DNA from: an uncultured Candidatus Saccharibacteria bacterium
GTDB lineage: Bacteria; Patescibacteriota; Minisyncoccia; Minisyncoccales; JAGMDC01
DNA length: 64,000 bases
Assembly (NCBI GenBank): GCA_964615205.1
Contig: CAZTQA010000001.1
Location: 128,510 to 192,509, forward strand
Direction of reading: 5' to 3'
The notes under the pieces were generated by a model. That model had not been told where the DNA came from, did no database searches, and saw nothing but the letters and a program-made list of their open reading frames with translations. Shown piece after piece: positions 48,184 through 57,713 of the stretch. The translations under genes and the position numbers were made by a program. Numbering within the stretch: position 1 is the stretch's first letter; every line of letters begins with the position of its first letter.

Positions 48184-48254
48184 AGCGGGGTGGAGAAGTA
48201 GTATCTTACAAGCCTCATAAGCTTGGGACCCAGGTGCAATTCCTGGCCCCGCAA
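48184..48254 (+). tRNA. atypical tRNA with CAU anticodon (initiator-like features)
   Basis: Manual fold: acceptor AGCGGGG/CCCCGCA (A1xA72 mismatch), D arm GAGA-AGTAGTA-TCTT (A11:U24, no GG in the loop), anticodon arm CAAGC-CTCATAA-GCTTG, 4-nt variable loop, T arm CCAGG-TGCAATT-CCTGG. Confidence 0.6.
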
Positions 48255-48271
48255 CACTTTGACTAATGCAG

Positions 48272-48345
48272 GCCGGTGTAGCTCAGTGGTTAGAGCAGGG
48301 TCTTCATAAGGCCAAGGTCGTCGGGTTCGAGTCCCACCACCGCTA
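48272..48345 (+). tRNA. tRNA with CAU anticodon (Met or Ile2), weak T stem
   Basis: Canonical D arm (TAGCTCAGTGGTTAGAGC) and anticodon loop TTCATAA. The T stem has only 3 G-C pairs (TCGGG/CCCAC), and there is a C2xC71 mismatch. Confidence 0.55.
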
Positions 48346-48357
48346 CAAAATTAGTAT

Positions 48358-48432
48358 GCGGACGTAGCTTAGCTGGTTTAAAGCGCTGCCCTGTCACGGC
48401 AGAGATCGTGGGTTCAAATCCCATCGTCCGCG
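48358..48432 (+). tRNA. tRNA-Asp (anticodon GUC)
   Basis: Acceptor GCGGACG/CGTCCGC, anticodon arm CTGCC-CTGTCAC-GGCAG, T arm GTGGG-TTCAAAT-CCCAT. Confidence 0.9.
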
Positions 48433-48511
48433 CAATAATAAACATCTTTTTTCAATGGGGGGGGTTCTTTAACCTTTACATTTATTTTACCCGTGCTATT
48501 TTTTTCCACAG

Positions 48512-48540
48512 TTGATTTTGCCTTAAAAATAAGCTAAAAT
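48512..48540 (+). promoter_or_regulatory. putative pheST promoter (TTGATT-17-gcTAAAAT), -10 ends 4 nt before ATG
   Basis: Hexamers at 48512-48517 and 48535-48540. ATG at 48545, with a second in-frame ATG at 48551. Confidence 0.55.
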
Positions 48541-48544
48541 AGAA

Positions 48545-49564
48545 ATGTATATGGATATAGAAACAATTAAAAAAGAGGCAGAAGAGGAGATAGGTTCGGT
48601 TAAAACATTGAAAGAATTAGACGATGTTTATAAAAAATATCTGGGTAAAAAGGGCAAACTAACCCAGATTTTGCGTTCTTTAAAAGACCTTTCTGAAAAA
48701 GAAAAAAAAGAAATTGGCAGAAAAGCTAATCAAGCTAAAACATATATAGAAACAAGTATTCGGGAAAAGAAATATATACTCCAATCAGCTCATTGGCTTT
48801 CTGCAAAAATTGAAGAATTTTTTGATATTACAGTTCCTTCCAAAAAGCCTTTAATTGGCCATCTCCATCCTATCACCCTAGCGAGGAGAAGGGTAGAAGA
48901 AATTTTCCAGCAAATGGGTTTTTCTGTAATAGAGGGTCCGGAAATAGAAACAGAATGGTATAATTTTGATGCTTTGAATATTCCCAAAGATCATCCGGCT
49001 CGGGATGCTTGGGATACTTTTTATCTTAAGAATAATCTTCTTCTGCGTACTCATACTTCGCCGGTTCAGATTCATCATATGGAAAAGCATCAACCGCCCT
49101 TAAGGATTATTGCTCCGGGCAAAGCTTTTCGTCATGAAGCCACTGATGCTGCTCACGAAGCTCAGTTCTACCAGTTAGAGGGATTAATGGTTGATAAAGA
49201 TGTTTCTGTGGCTAATTTTAAGGCAATAATGAAAGAATTCTTTCAGAAATTCTTTAATAAAGAATTGAAAATAAGAATAAGGCCTGGATTTTTTCCTTTT
49301 ACCGAACCCAGCTTTGAAATGGATATCAGCTGCGTTAATTGTGATGGCAAAGGATGTAGCGTTTGCAAACAGACAGGCTGGGTGGAAACATTGGGAGCTG
49401 GAATGGTTCATCCCGATGTTTTAAAAGCTGGCGGATTAAATCCCAGAAATTGGCAGGGTTTTGCTTTTGGTGTGGGATTGGATCGTTTAATAATGATGAA
49501 ATATAAAATTAATAACATCCGCTTGTTTTATTCCAGCGACCTACGTTTCTTAGAACAATTTTAA
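48545..49564 (+). CDS. pheS: phenylalanyl-tRNA synthetase alpha subunit
   Basis: Class II core (HPITLARRRVEEIF, LRTHTSPVQ, FRHEATDAAHEAQFYQLEG, GFAFGVGLDRL). Confidence 0.95.
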   Translation: MYMDIETIKKEAEEEIGSVKTLKELDDVYKKYLGKKGKLTQILRSLKDLSEKEKKEIGRKANQAKTYIETSIREKKYILQSAHWLSAKIEEFFDITVPSKKPLIGHLHPITLARRRVEEIFQQMGFSVIEGPEIETEWYNFDALNIPKDHPARDAWDTFYLKNNLLLRTHTSPVQIHHMEKHQPPLRIIAPGKAFRHEATDAAHEAQFYQLEGLMVDKDVSVANFKAIMKEFFQKFFNKELKIRIRPGFFPFTEPSFEMDISCVNCDGKGCSVCKQTGWVETLGAGMVHPDVLKAGGLNPRNWQGFAFGVGLDRLIMMKYKINNIRLFYSSDLRFLEQF

Positions 49565-49565
49565 T

Positions 49566-51551
49566 ATGATTTTTTCATATAATTGGTTACAATCTTTTTT
49601 TGGAAAAAAGTTGCCTGAACCAGAGAAATTAGCAGAAGTTTTAACTATGCATGCTTTTGAAGTTGAAAGTATAGACAAGAAAGACAATGACTGGGTGTTA
49701 GATATTGCTGTGACTCCAAATCGTGGCAGTGATTGTTTCTGCCATTTTGGCATAGCTCGTGAAATTGCCGCAATCTTAAGATACAAAATACAAGACACTA
49801 AATACAAAACACAAGAAGACAGAAAAATTAAAGCCAAGGACTTTATTAAAATAGAAGTCGAAGATAAAAAGGCCTGTCCTAGATATACAGCCAGAGTAAT
49901 AACTGATATTAGGGTTGGTTTTTCTCCTAAATATATCAGAGAAAGATTAGAGGTCTGCGGTTTACAATTCATCAATAATGTAGTTGATATTGCTAATTAT
50001 GTTATGCTGGAAACCGGACAGCCACTGCATGCTTTTGATTTAGATAAACTAGAAGGAAAGAAAATCATTGTGAGAAGAGCCAACAAAAATGAAAAGATCA
50101 TAACTTTAGATAATCAAAAGTTTGATTTGGATAAAGACATTTTAGTTATTGCAGATGCTAAAAATCCAGTGGCTATTGCTGGTATTAAAGGCGGAAAAAA
50201 TCCAGAGATTGATGAAAAAACCAAAACCATTGTTATAGAATCAGCTAATTTTGATTATTCTGTAATTCGCCAGGCTTCTCGGAAATTGAACTTGAAAACA
50301 GATGCTTCCTGGAGATTTGAGCATAGTATAGATCCTAATATAACAGAGATGGCAATCAACAGAACAGCTTATTTAATTCAGGAAACAGTCAAAGGAAAAA
50401 TAGCTTCAGGGTTGATTGATGTTTATCCTCAAAAAGTTTTGCCTAAGAAAATCAAATTAGATTTAAATTATGTTGAAAAATTATTAGGGATAAAAATATC
50501 TCAAAAGGAAGTAATAAAAATTTTAGAGTCCTTAGGTCTGAAAATTAAAAATCACAAATCAAATATTTTAAATGTTGAGATTCCTACTTTTAGAAAAGAT
50601 TTGTCTATTCCAGAGGATTTGATTGAAGAAATAGGTCGCATCTACGGATATGAAAAAATAAAGCCAATTTTGCCGATGAGTAGTTTGATACCGCCTCAAA
50701 AAAACGAAGATATTTTTTGGCAGAATATGGTAAAAAATATTCTAAAAGAATTATCTTTTTCCGAAACATACAATTATTCTTTTGTCAGTCAGAGAGATAA
50801 AGAAATTTTTTCTTTGCAAAATCTGCTTGAATTAAAAAATCCCATGAATGAAGATCAAAAATACTTAAGGCCTAATTTAATAGTTAATTTAATTAGAAAT
50901 ATTGAAAATAATAGGAGAAATTATTCTAGAATAAATATTTTTGAAATAGGAAAAATTTATCAACCTGGTTTAGAAAAAACAGCTTTGGGAGGAATTATAT
51001 TTCAAAAAGAGAATAAGGGATTGTTTTATGAACTGAAGGGAATGATTGATTTATTATTGAATAAATTAGGTATTAGCGATATTATGTATCAACCAAACAG
51101 TCATATTTTATTGCATCCAAATAAAAGTGCCCAAATCAAAGCCAATAAAGAGATTATCGGGTTTTTGGGCGAAACAAGAATGGATAAAAATATTTGTGTT
51201 TTTGAAATAGATTTTGACAAATTACAAAAAGTTTCATCTGAAGAACAGGAATATCGTCCCATTTCTATTTTCCCAAGCGCTGTAAGGGATTTGGCTGTTT
51301 TAGTCTCTCAAAAAACAAAAGTAGTAGATGTTTTAAATATAATCAATGCAGCTGGTGGAGCTATAGTAAGAGATGTTGATTTATTTGATATTTATGGGGG
51401 CGGAGAACTACCTGAGGGAAAAAAGAATTTTGCCTTCCATATTGTCTATCAATCTGAAAATCATACTTTATCTTCAAAAGAGATAGAGGATATCCACAAA
51501 AAGATTATTAAAGCTTTGGAAAAGGATCCAGAGTGGCAAGTAAGAAAATGA
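49566..51551 (+). CDS. pheT: phenylalanyl-tRNA synthetase beta subunit, lacking the N-terminal OB tRNA-binding insert
   Basis: B1 start MIFSYNWLQSFF..., runs directly into LDIAVTPNRGSDC; B3/4, B5 and FDX-ACB-like C-terminus are present; 661 aa. Confidence 0.9.
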   Translation: MIFSYNWLQSFFGKKLPEPEKLAEVLTMHAFEVESIDKKDNDWVLDIAVTPNRGSDCFCHFGIAREIAAILRYKIQDTKYKTQEDRKIKAKDFIKIEVEDKKACPRYTARVITDIRVGFSPKYIRERLEVCGLQFINNVVDIANYVMLETGQPLHAFDLDKLEGKKIIVRRANKNEKIITLDNQKFDLDKDILVIADAKNPVAIAGIKGGKNPEIDEKTKTIVIESANFDYSVIRQASRKLNLKTDASWRFEHSIDPNITEMAINRTAYLIQETVKGKIASGLIDVYPQKVLPKKIKLDLNYVEKLLGIKISQKEVIKILESLGLKIKNHKSNILNVEIPTFRKDLSIPEDLIEEIGRIYGYEKIKPILPMSSLIPPQKNEDIFWQNMVKNILKELSFSETYNYSFVSQRDKEIFSLQNLLELKNPMNEDQKYLRPNLIVNLIRNIENNRRNYSRINIFEIGKIYQPGLEKTALGGIIFQKENKGLFYELKGMIDLLLNKLGISDIMYQPNSHILLHPNKSAQIKANKEIIGFLGETRMDKNICVFEIDFDKLQKVSSEEQEYRPISIFPSAVRDLAVLVSQKTKVVDVLNIINAAGGAIVRDVDLFDIYGGGELPEGKKNFAFHIVYQSENHTLSSKEIEDIHKKIIKALEKDPEWQVRK

Positions 51552-53494
51552 GAAAAGAAAAAATTCAACCCAAAATTAAAAAAAAGAACAGGGAAGAAGA
51601 ATACGGAGCTAAAGACATTTATGTTTTAGAAGGCCTTGAACCGGTGAGGAGAAGGCCGGGTATGTATATTGGCTCCACTGGTCCAGACGGATTACATCAT
51701 TTAATCTGGGAGGTTTTAGATAATGGTATTGATGAATGTATGGGTGGTTATGCTAATGAGATTGAAATTGCTCTTCTCTCTGGGAATAGAGTCAGCTGTC
51801 AGGATAATGGAAGAGGCATTCCTGTGGATATTCATTCTCAAACTAAAAAGTCAGCTTTGGAAACAGTTATGACAACGCTTCATGCCGGAGCCAAATTTGG
51901 AGGAAAAGCCTATCAGGTTGCTGGTGGTCTTCATGGCGTAGGAGTTTCTGTTGTTTGTGCTCTTTCTAAGTGGATGAGAGCTGAAGTTTGCCGAAATAAT
52001 ATCAAATACACACAGGAATATTCTAAGGGTAAACCCACTACTAAATTAAAGAAAGATGGAAAATGCAGACAAACCGGAACCCGGGTCTGCTTTGAACCAG
52101 ATGAAGAAATCTTTAAGGAAGTTCAGTTCGATCTAAAAAGAATCATTAATCATCTGCGCCAGCAAGCTTATTTAACCAAAGGAGTGAGAATTAATATCAG
52201 AGATAAAAGAGAAAAAGACGAAAAGATTTATAATTTCTATTTTGAGGGAGGACTTACAGCATATATAAAGCATTTGATTCGAGGAAGAGAAGTAAAAAAT
52301 GAAAATGCTTTTTATGTTTCTGGGAAAAAAGATGAAATTGTGGTAGAGTCAGTTTTTCAATATACTCAAGAATATGAATGCTATGAAGAAAGTTTTGTTA
52401 ATAATATTTACACTGGAGAAGGGGGGACTCATTTAACAGGGTTTAGAGCAGCTTTGACTAGAAGTTTGAATGACTATGCTCGCAGAAATGGATTGATTAA
52501 AGGAAGTGAAGAAAATCTAAGCGGTGATGACGTAAGAGAAGGTCTTACAGCTGTGGTTTCAGTTAAAATAAGGGAGCCTCAGTTTGAAGGTCAGACTAAA
52601 GCTAAATTAGGTAATCCCGAAGCCAAAATGGCCGTAGAATCAGTTATTACTGAAGGATTAGCCGATTTTTTGGAAAGAAATCCTCAAGATGCCCGTACAA
52701 TTATTAACAGTTGTCTATTATCAGCCAAAGCCAGAAAGGCAGCCAAAGCAGCCAAGCAGACAGTTTTAAGAAAAGGAGCCTTGGATGGTTTGGCTTTGCC
52801 TGGAAAATTAGCTGATTGTTCTTCCCGAGAGCCAGAAGAATCAGAAATCTATATCGTGGAAGGAGAGTCGGCAGGGGGAAGTGCTAAGGGAGCGCGGGAC
52901 AGAAGATTCCAGGCCATTTTGCCTTTACGCGGAAAAATTCTTAACACGGAGAGGGCACGTTTAGATAAAATTTTAGCTTCCAAAGAGATTAAGTCTTTAA
53001 TTATCGCTTTAGGTACAGCTATTGCCGAAGATTTTAATATTGAGAAAGCAAGATATCACAGGATTATTATAATGTGTGATGCTGATTCAGACGGTAATCA
53101 TATTAGAACTTTACTTTTAACTCTTTTTTTCAGATATTTTAAGCCTCTTATTGAAGCCGGCTACTTATATATCGCTCAACCGCCCCTTTACCGTATTCAA
53201 ACAGGTTCCCGGATTGAATATGCTTACACTGATTCAGACAAAACAGAGATTTTAAGCGACATGAAAAAAACAGCCGGAATAAATATCCAAAGGTATAAGG
53301 GTTTAGGCGAAATGAATCCCCAGCAGCTTTGGGAAACGACCATGAATCCAGAAAACAGAGTGCTTTTGAAGGTTAATATCGAAGATGCTAAAGAGGCAGA
53401 TTTAATCTTTGATACCTTAATGGGACAGGAGGTTTTACCCAGAAAAAGGTTTATTCAGACTCACGCTAAAAAGGTTAAGAATCTTGACATTTAA
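51548..53494 (+). CDS. gyrB: DNA gyrase subunit B
   Basis: LEGLEPVRRRPGMYIGST, GHKL ATPase, Toprim (EIYIVEGESAGGSAK), PLRGKILN. ATG 51548 (ATGA overlap with pheT) is preferred over the track's GTG 51533. Confidence 0.95.
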   Translation: MRKEKIQPKIKKKNREEEYGAKDIYVLEGLEPVRRRPGMYIGSTGPDGLHHLIWEVLDNGIDECMGGYANEIEIALLSGNRVSCQDNGRGIPVDIHSQTKKSALETVMTTLHAGAKFGGKAYQVAGGLHGVGVSVVCALSKWMRAEVCRNNIKYTQEYSKGKPTTKLKKDGKCRQTGTRVCFEPDEEIFKEVQFDLKRIINHLRQQAYLTKGVRINIRDKREKDEKIYNFYFEGGLTAYIKHLIRGREVKNENAFYVSGKKDEIVVESVFQYTQEYECYEESFVNNIYTGEGGTHLTGFRAALTRSLNDYARRNGLIKGSEENLSGDDVREGLTAVVSVKIREPQFEGQTKAKLGNPEAKMAVESVITEGLADFLERNPQDARTIINSCLLSAKARKAAKAAKQTVLRKGALDGLALPGKLADCSSREPEESEIYIVEGESAGGSAKGARDRRFQAILPLRGKILNTERARLDKILASKEIKSLIIALGTAIAEDFNIEKARYHRIIIMCDADSDGNHIRTLLLTLFFRYFKPLIEAGYLYIAQPPLYRIQTGSRIEYAYTDSDKTEILSDMKKTAGINIQRYKGLGEMNPQQLWETTMNPENRVLLKVNIEDAKEADLIFDTLMGQEVLPRKRFIQTHAKKVKNLDI

Positions 53495-53546
53495 TTTCTT
53501 TGTAATAATATAAAAGTAGGCCCGACGAGGGCTGTTTTAAAAACTT

Positions 53547-53750
53547 ATGGATATCAAAAATTTACCTAAAAAAATTATCACTTTTTTAAAGGAAGCTAAA
53601 CTAGAATTGAAAAAAGTAAACTGGCCCACGCGCGAGGAGAGTTTGCGTTATACTATGATTGTTATTGTTGTTTCTGTTTTTGTGGCTGCTTTTTTGGGTG
53701 GACTGGATGTGGTTTTTAACAGACTGCTTGAAAAGATGCTCTCTTTGTAA
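53547..53750 (+). CDS. secE: preprotein translocase subunit SecE
   Basis: 67 aa; ...ELKKVNWPTREE... plus one C-terminal TM; precedes nusG. Confidence 0.85.
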   Translation: MDIKNLPKKIITFLKEAKLELKKVNWPTREESLRYTMIVIVVSVFVAAFLGGLDVVFNRLLEKMLSL

Positions 53751-53786
53751 CTTTTAATTTTTCACTTTTAATTTTAAACTTGAAAC

Positions 53787-54332
53787 ATGCCTAAACAACA
53801 AATTCCACAAGAGAAAAATTGGTATGTGCTTCATACTTATTCTGGTTATGAAGATGCTGTTGCTAAGAGCTTAAAACAGCGTATTGAATCTTTAGGAATG
53901 GAAGATAAGATTTTTGATGTTATTGTTCCCAAAGAAAAGAAAATCAAGATAAAAAATGGCAAAAGAAAGGTGATAGAAGAGAAAATTTACCCAGGTTATG
54001 TTTTAGTTCAAATGCTGGTTACTGATGATTCCTGGTATGTAGTTAGAAATACTCCCAATGTAACTGGTTTTGTTGGTGCGGGAACTACTCCTGTTCCTGT
54101 TTCTAAGACAGAGATTGATTCATTAAAAAAGAGAATGGGAGTAGAAGAGCCTCAATTTAAGATTGATGTTAGAGTAGGGGACGCAGTTAAGGTTACAGAT
54201 GGGCTTTTCAAGGATTATGACGGAAGAGTGGCAGAAGTGGATGAAGAAAGAGGAAAAGTCAAAGTTTTAATTAATATGTTTGGTAGAGATACTCCGGTAG
54301 AATTAGATTCTCTCCAAATTAAAAAAATATGA
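53787..54332 (+). CDS. nusG: transcription termination/antitermination factor NusG
   Basis: [14 protein letters not shown]..., C-terminal KOW ([18 protein letters not shown]). Confidence 0.95.
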   Translation: MPKQQIPQEKNWYVLHTYSGYEDAVAKSLKQRIESLGMEDKIFDVIVPKEKKIKIKNGKRKVIEEKIYPGYVLVQMLVTDDSWYVVRNTPNVTGFVGAGTTPVPVSKTEIDSLKKRMGVEEPQFKIDVRVGDAVKVTDGLFKDYDGRVAEVDEERGKVKVLINMFGRDTPVELDSLQIKKI

Positions 54333-54748
54333 AGAAGATAAAAGCTGTAGTCAAAGTACAAATTCAAGCTGGACAGGCTAATCCAGCTCCTCCACTAGGC
54401 CCGGCTTTAGCCCAGCATGGTGTTAATATTTCTGAATTCTGTCAGAAATTTAATGATGCTACCAAAAATCAGACCGGTTTTAAGCTCCCGGTAGAAATTA
54501 CAATCTATGAAGATAAAAGCTATAATTTTAAGATAAAACAGCCTCCAGCTGCTGAGCTTTTGAAAAAAATAGCTGCTATTGAAAAAGGTTCTGGTACTCC
54601 CAACAAAAAGAAAGCGGCTAAAATAACTAAAGCTCAATTAAAGGAAATTGCGGAAAAGAAAATGCCGGATTTAAATGCTTTTGATATTGAGGCAGCAATG
54701 AAAATCATTGAAGGTACTGCAAAACAAATGGGAATAGAAATAGAATAA
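54329..54748 (+). CDS. rplK: 50S ribosomal protein uL11
   Basis: [26 protein letters not shown]... Confidence 0.95.
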   Translation: MKKIKAVVKVQIQAGQANPAPPLGPALAQHGVNISEFCQKFNDATKNQTGFKLPVEITIYEDKSYNFKIKQPPAAELLKKIAAIEKGSGTPNKKKAAKITKAQLKEIAEKKMPDLNAFDIEAAMKIIEGTAKQMGIEIE

Positions 54749-54749
54749 T

Positions 54750-55253
54750 ATGCGTTCTACAAAAGACCAATATTATTTAAATATTGCCAAAGAAGTGGCT
54801 CAACGTTCTACTTGTCAGAGGATGAAATTCGGAGCTATTATTGTAAGAGATGATCAGATTATTGCTACTGGCTATAACGGAGCTCCTAGAAAAACAAAAG
54901 ATTGCTTTGAAAGAGGCGATTGTTTTAGAGACAAAAACACTATTCCCCATGGCCAGAAATATGAGCTCTGCCGGAGTGTGCATGCTGAACAGAATGCCAT
55001 TATTAACGCAGCTAGAGCAGGTGTTTCTCTCCTTAACGGGGATATGTTTATTTATGCAGAGGATATAAAGAAAGGAAATATTGTTGATTCTTTTCCCTGC
55101 TTTATTTGCAAAAAAATAATTATTAATGCTGGTTTGAACAGAGTTATCTGTTCAACGGCTGATAAAAGTTATAAGGTTTTTAATATTGAGGATTGGATTA
55201 AAGATTGGCAGGAAAAAGATATTTCAGATGATAAATATCAATACGGCAAATAA
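54750..55253 (+). CDS. dCMP deaminase (ComEB family)
   Basis: HAEQNAI and PCFICKK zinc-binding motifs of the cytidine/dCMP deaminase fold. Confidence 0.8.
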   Translation: MRSTKDQYYLNIAKEVAQRSTCQRMKFGAIIVRDDQIIATGYNGAPRKTKDCFERGDCFRDKNTIPHGQKYELCRSVHAEQNAIINAARAGVSLLNGDMFIYAEDIKKGNIVDSFPCFICKKIIINAGLNRVICSTADKSYKVFNIEDWIKDWQEKDISDDKYQYGK

Positions 55254-55272
55254 ATGTATAAACGGCAAATAA

Positions 55273-55899
55273 ATGTATAAAAACACTTATCCAGGAAAAT
55301 TTATTGTTTTTGATGGATTAGATGGGGCTGGACAATCAACTCAAGCTGCCAAATTATTTGATTACTTGGATGAAAAAAAACAAAAAACTCGCTTTGGGCA
55401 TAGTGGTGTTCAGATTACTAAAGAACCAACAGGCAATTTGATTGGCGGATTGATAAAAGGGCAGCTGACCCATGACTGGAAGTCGTCTCCCGAATGTCTT
55501 CAGCTTCTCTTTGCTGCTGACAGGGCTCACCATTTGGAAAAGGAGGTAATTCCTCTCTTAGAAAAAGGCGTAGATGTGATTTGCGACCGTTATTTTTTTT
55601 CCAGCTTTGCTTTTGGATCTTTGAATCTAAATATGGATTGGCTTATAAAAATCAATCATAATTTTTTATTACCTGATATAACATTTTTTCTTAAGGTTTC
55701 TCCTAAAGTCTGCATAGAAAGGATTAAAAGAACGCGTTACGAAATAAATTTATTTGAAAAAGAGGAAATTACGGGGAAAGTATGGGATAATTACAAGAAA
55801 TTAAGTAAAAAGTTTAAAAACGTCTATATTATTAATGGTGAACAGCCGGTAGATAGGGTTTTTCAAGACGTAAAAAAAATAATTGACCGCAAGCTTTAG
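55273..55899 (+). CDS. tmk: thymidylate kinase
   Basis: FIVFDGLDGAGQSTQ P-loop, DRY-like motif (CDRYFFSS). Confidence 0.85.
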   Translation: MYKNTYPGKFIVFDGLDGAGQSTQAAKLFDYLDEKKQKTRFGHSGVQITKEPTGNLIGGLIKGQLTHDWKSSPECLQLLFAADRAHHLEKEVIPLLEKGVDVICDRYFFSSFAFGSLNLNMDWLIKINHNFLLPDITFFLKVSPKVCIERIKRTRYEINLFEKEEITGKVWDNYKKLSKKFKNVYIINGEQPVDRVFQDVKKIIDRKL

Positions 55900-55909
55900 T
55901 TTTCCACTA

Positions 55910-55937
55910 TTGACTTATCTTTTTATTCATTTATAAT
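55910..55937 (+). promoter_or_regulatory. putative promoter of orphan small-ORF cassette (TTGACT-16-TATAAT)
   Basis: Hexamers at 55910-55915 and 55932-55937. GGGAGGA at 55946-55952 lies 8 nt before TTG 55961. Confidence 0.55.
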
Positions 55938-55960
55938 GTATACTTGGGAGGATAGAAATA

Positions 55961-56095
55961 TTGCGGAACGTAACTGGAACACCTGGAGTGGTGAAGGTGG
56001 ATGACGTAATCGATTTTATACCTGGCATAGATGGCGAAAAGCCAGAAATACTCGTCAGGGATGAATCGGTGATCGTAAAACCAGGAACAAGATAG
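55961..56095 (+). CDS. hypothetical 44-aa protein (TTG start), orphan SD-bearing cassette
   Basis: Not in the ORF track (<60 aa). My translation is (M)RNVTGTPGVVKVDDVIDFIPGIDGEKPEILVRDESVIVKPGTR. It has a promoter, an SD and a terminator around it, and is visibly G+C-richer than its flanks. Confidence 0.45.
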   Translation: MRNVTGTPGVVKVDDVIDFIPGIDGEKPEILVRDESVIVKPGTR

Positions 56096-56101
56096 TCTGG
56101 A

Positions 56102-56128
56102 AAAGAGGATTTTATTTTTTTCCTCTTT
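56102..56128 (+). terminator. hairpin terminator after the 44-aa ORF
   Basis: AAAGAGGA-11 nt-TCCTCTTT followed by ctattttttt. Confidence 0.6.
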
Positions 56129-56218
56129 CTATTTTTTTAGCACATTTATTAGTACTTTAATTTTGGTGAAGAGCTCAAATGCCCTTCCTTTTATTTTCAA
56201 AAAAGCTATAATAAAAAT

Positions 56219-56869
56219 ATGAAAAATATCGCTCAATACATTGACCATACCAATATAGAGAAAGGTACTACAGCTCAAGATATTAAAAAAACCTGTCAAG
56301 AAGCTAAAAAATATGGTTTTAGGGGGGTTTGCGTTAATCCTCAATGGGTAAAATTAGTTAAAAAAGAAGTAGAGGGAACTGATATTAAGGTTGTGGTTTT
56401 AATTGATGGACCTATGGGTTTGAGTTCTCATCAAAAAAGATTAAAAATATGCCAAAAAGCAAAGAAAGACGGAGCTGATAATTTAGACATAGTTATGAAT
56501 GTCGTTGATTTAAAATATGAAAGATATAGTAAAATTTTAAAAGATTTAAAGCCTCTTTGTAAAATCCTATCTACTAAAGTTATTATTGGTTCAGGTTATT
56601 TAACTGATGAAGAAATCATTAAAGCGTCTCAATTAGTTAAAAGAGCAGGAGCTAAATGTGTAAAAACAGCTACTTTTAAAGATCCTTTAGAACACAGGGA
56701 GCTGGAAGAAAAATTATATCATTTAAAATTAATGAGAGAAGGAGCACCCGGACTTTTAATTAAAACAGCTGGAAAAATTAAAGATTTATCAGATGTTAAA
56801 AAAGCTATAAAATCTGGTGCAGATATAATCGGCACCAGTTCCGGTGTGAAAATAATGAAAGAATTATGA
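56219..56869 (+). CDS. deoC: deoxyribose-phosphate aldolase
   Basis: [15 protein letters not shown]...GFRGVCVNP...; active-site Lys context [14 protein letters not shown] (56207-56212) ends 6 nt before the ATG. Confidence 0.8.
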   Translation: MKNIAQYIDHTNIEKGTTAQDIKKTCQEAKKYGFRGVCVNPQWVKLVKKEVEGTDIKVVVLIDGPMGLSSHQKRLKICQKAKKDGADNLDIVMNVVDLKYERYSKILKDLKPLCKILSTKVIIGSGYLTDEEIIKASQLVKRAGAKCVKTATFKDPLEHRELEEKLYHLKLMREGAPGLLIKTAGKIKDLSDVKKAIKSGADIIGTSSGVKIMKEL

Positions 56870-57699
56870 CTTATATCCCTACAATTGGATTGGAGATACA
56901 TTCCGAGTTAAAAACAGAGTCAAAGATGTTTTGTTCCTGCCTTAATGATCCTAATGAAAAAACGCCTAACATTAATATTTGTCCTATTTGTACAGCTCAT
57001 CCTGGTACTCTTCCGGTGATAAATAAAGAAGCAGTTAAAAAGGTTATCAAAACAGGGTTAGCTCTTAATTGCGAAATTTCTAAACAGTCAAAATTTGATC
57101 GTAAAAACTATTTTTATCCGGATTTGCCAAAAGCATATCAAATCAGCCAGTACGATATGCCTTTATGCCAGAAAGGATTTCTAAAAATTAACAATACGAA
57201 AATAAGGATAACCAGAATACATTTAGAAGAAGATACAGCCCGATTAATCCATCCTTCGGGAAAAGATTACAGCTTGGTTGATTTTAACAGGGCTGGCATT
57301 CCCTTGATGGAGTTAGTAACTGAACCAGATATCCATTCTGCCAGAGAAGCCAGGAAATTTGCTGAAGAATTGCAGTTGATTTTAAGATATTTGGGTGTTT
57401 CCAATGCTGATATGGAAAAAGGGGAGATGAGAGTTGAAGCTAATATTTCTCTAAGCAAAAATGAAAAATTAGGAACAAAAGTAGAAATCAAAAACCTTAA
57501 CTCTTTTCGTTCTGTAGAAAAAGGTATAAACTATGAGATAGGGAGGCAGATAGAGATTTTAGATAAAAAAGAGAAAGTAATCCAAGAAACCAGAGGCTGG
57601 CATGATACTAAACAAATAACTTTCAGCCAAAGAGAAAAGGAAGAAGCCCATGATTATAGATACTTTCCTGAACCAGATTTACCCGTCCTTTGTTTTTAA
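56866..57699 (+). CDS. gatB: Asp/Glu-tRNA amidotransferase subunit B, N-terminal (catalytic cradle) fragment
   Basis: [21 protein letters not shown]..., LEEDTARL, ends ...[14 protein letters not shown] then TAA; 277 aa. Confidence 0.85.
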   Translation: MTYIPTIGLEIHSELKTESKMFCSCLNDPNEKTPNINICPICTAHPGTLPVINKEAVKKVIKTGLALNCEISKQSKFDRKNYFYPDLPKAYQISQYDMPLCQKGFLKINNTKIRITRIHLEEDTARLIHPSGKDYSLVDFNRAGIPLMELVTEPDIHSAREARKFAEELQLILRYLGVSNADMEKGEMRVEANISLSKNEKLGTKVEIKNLNSFRSVEKGINYEIGRQIEILDKKEKVIQETRGWHDTKQITFSQREKEEAHDYRYFPEPDLPVLCF

Positions 57700-57713
57700 A
57701 AATTAGCTAAAAT

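Noticed and set aside
48150-48190. Repeated (t)tcATAGC(tttt) motifs leading into the first tRNA.
   Set aside because: These are three short copies in an AT-rich leader. They are likely duplication debris of the tRNA 5' flank, and I could not tie them to any structure.
49770-49820. Imperfect direct repeat ATACAAAATACAAGA / ATACAAAACACAAGA inside pheT.
   Set aside because: It is a short in-frame duplication encoding YKIQD/YKTQED in a linker, with no sign of function beyond low-complexity expansion.
57700-57713. AGCTAAAAT directly abutting ATG 57714, considered as a promoter for the gatB C-terminal fragment.
   Set aside because: A -10 touching the start codon would place the TSS inside the ORF. 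It is probably a chance AT-rich match, and reinitiation after the upstream stop is more likely.
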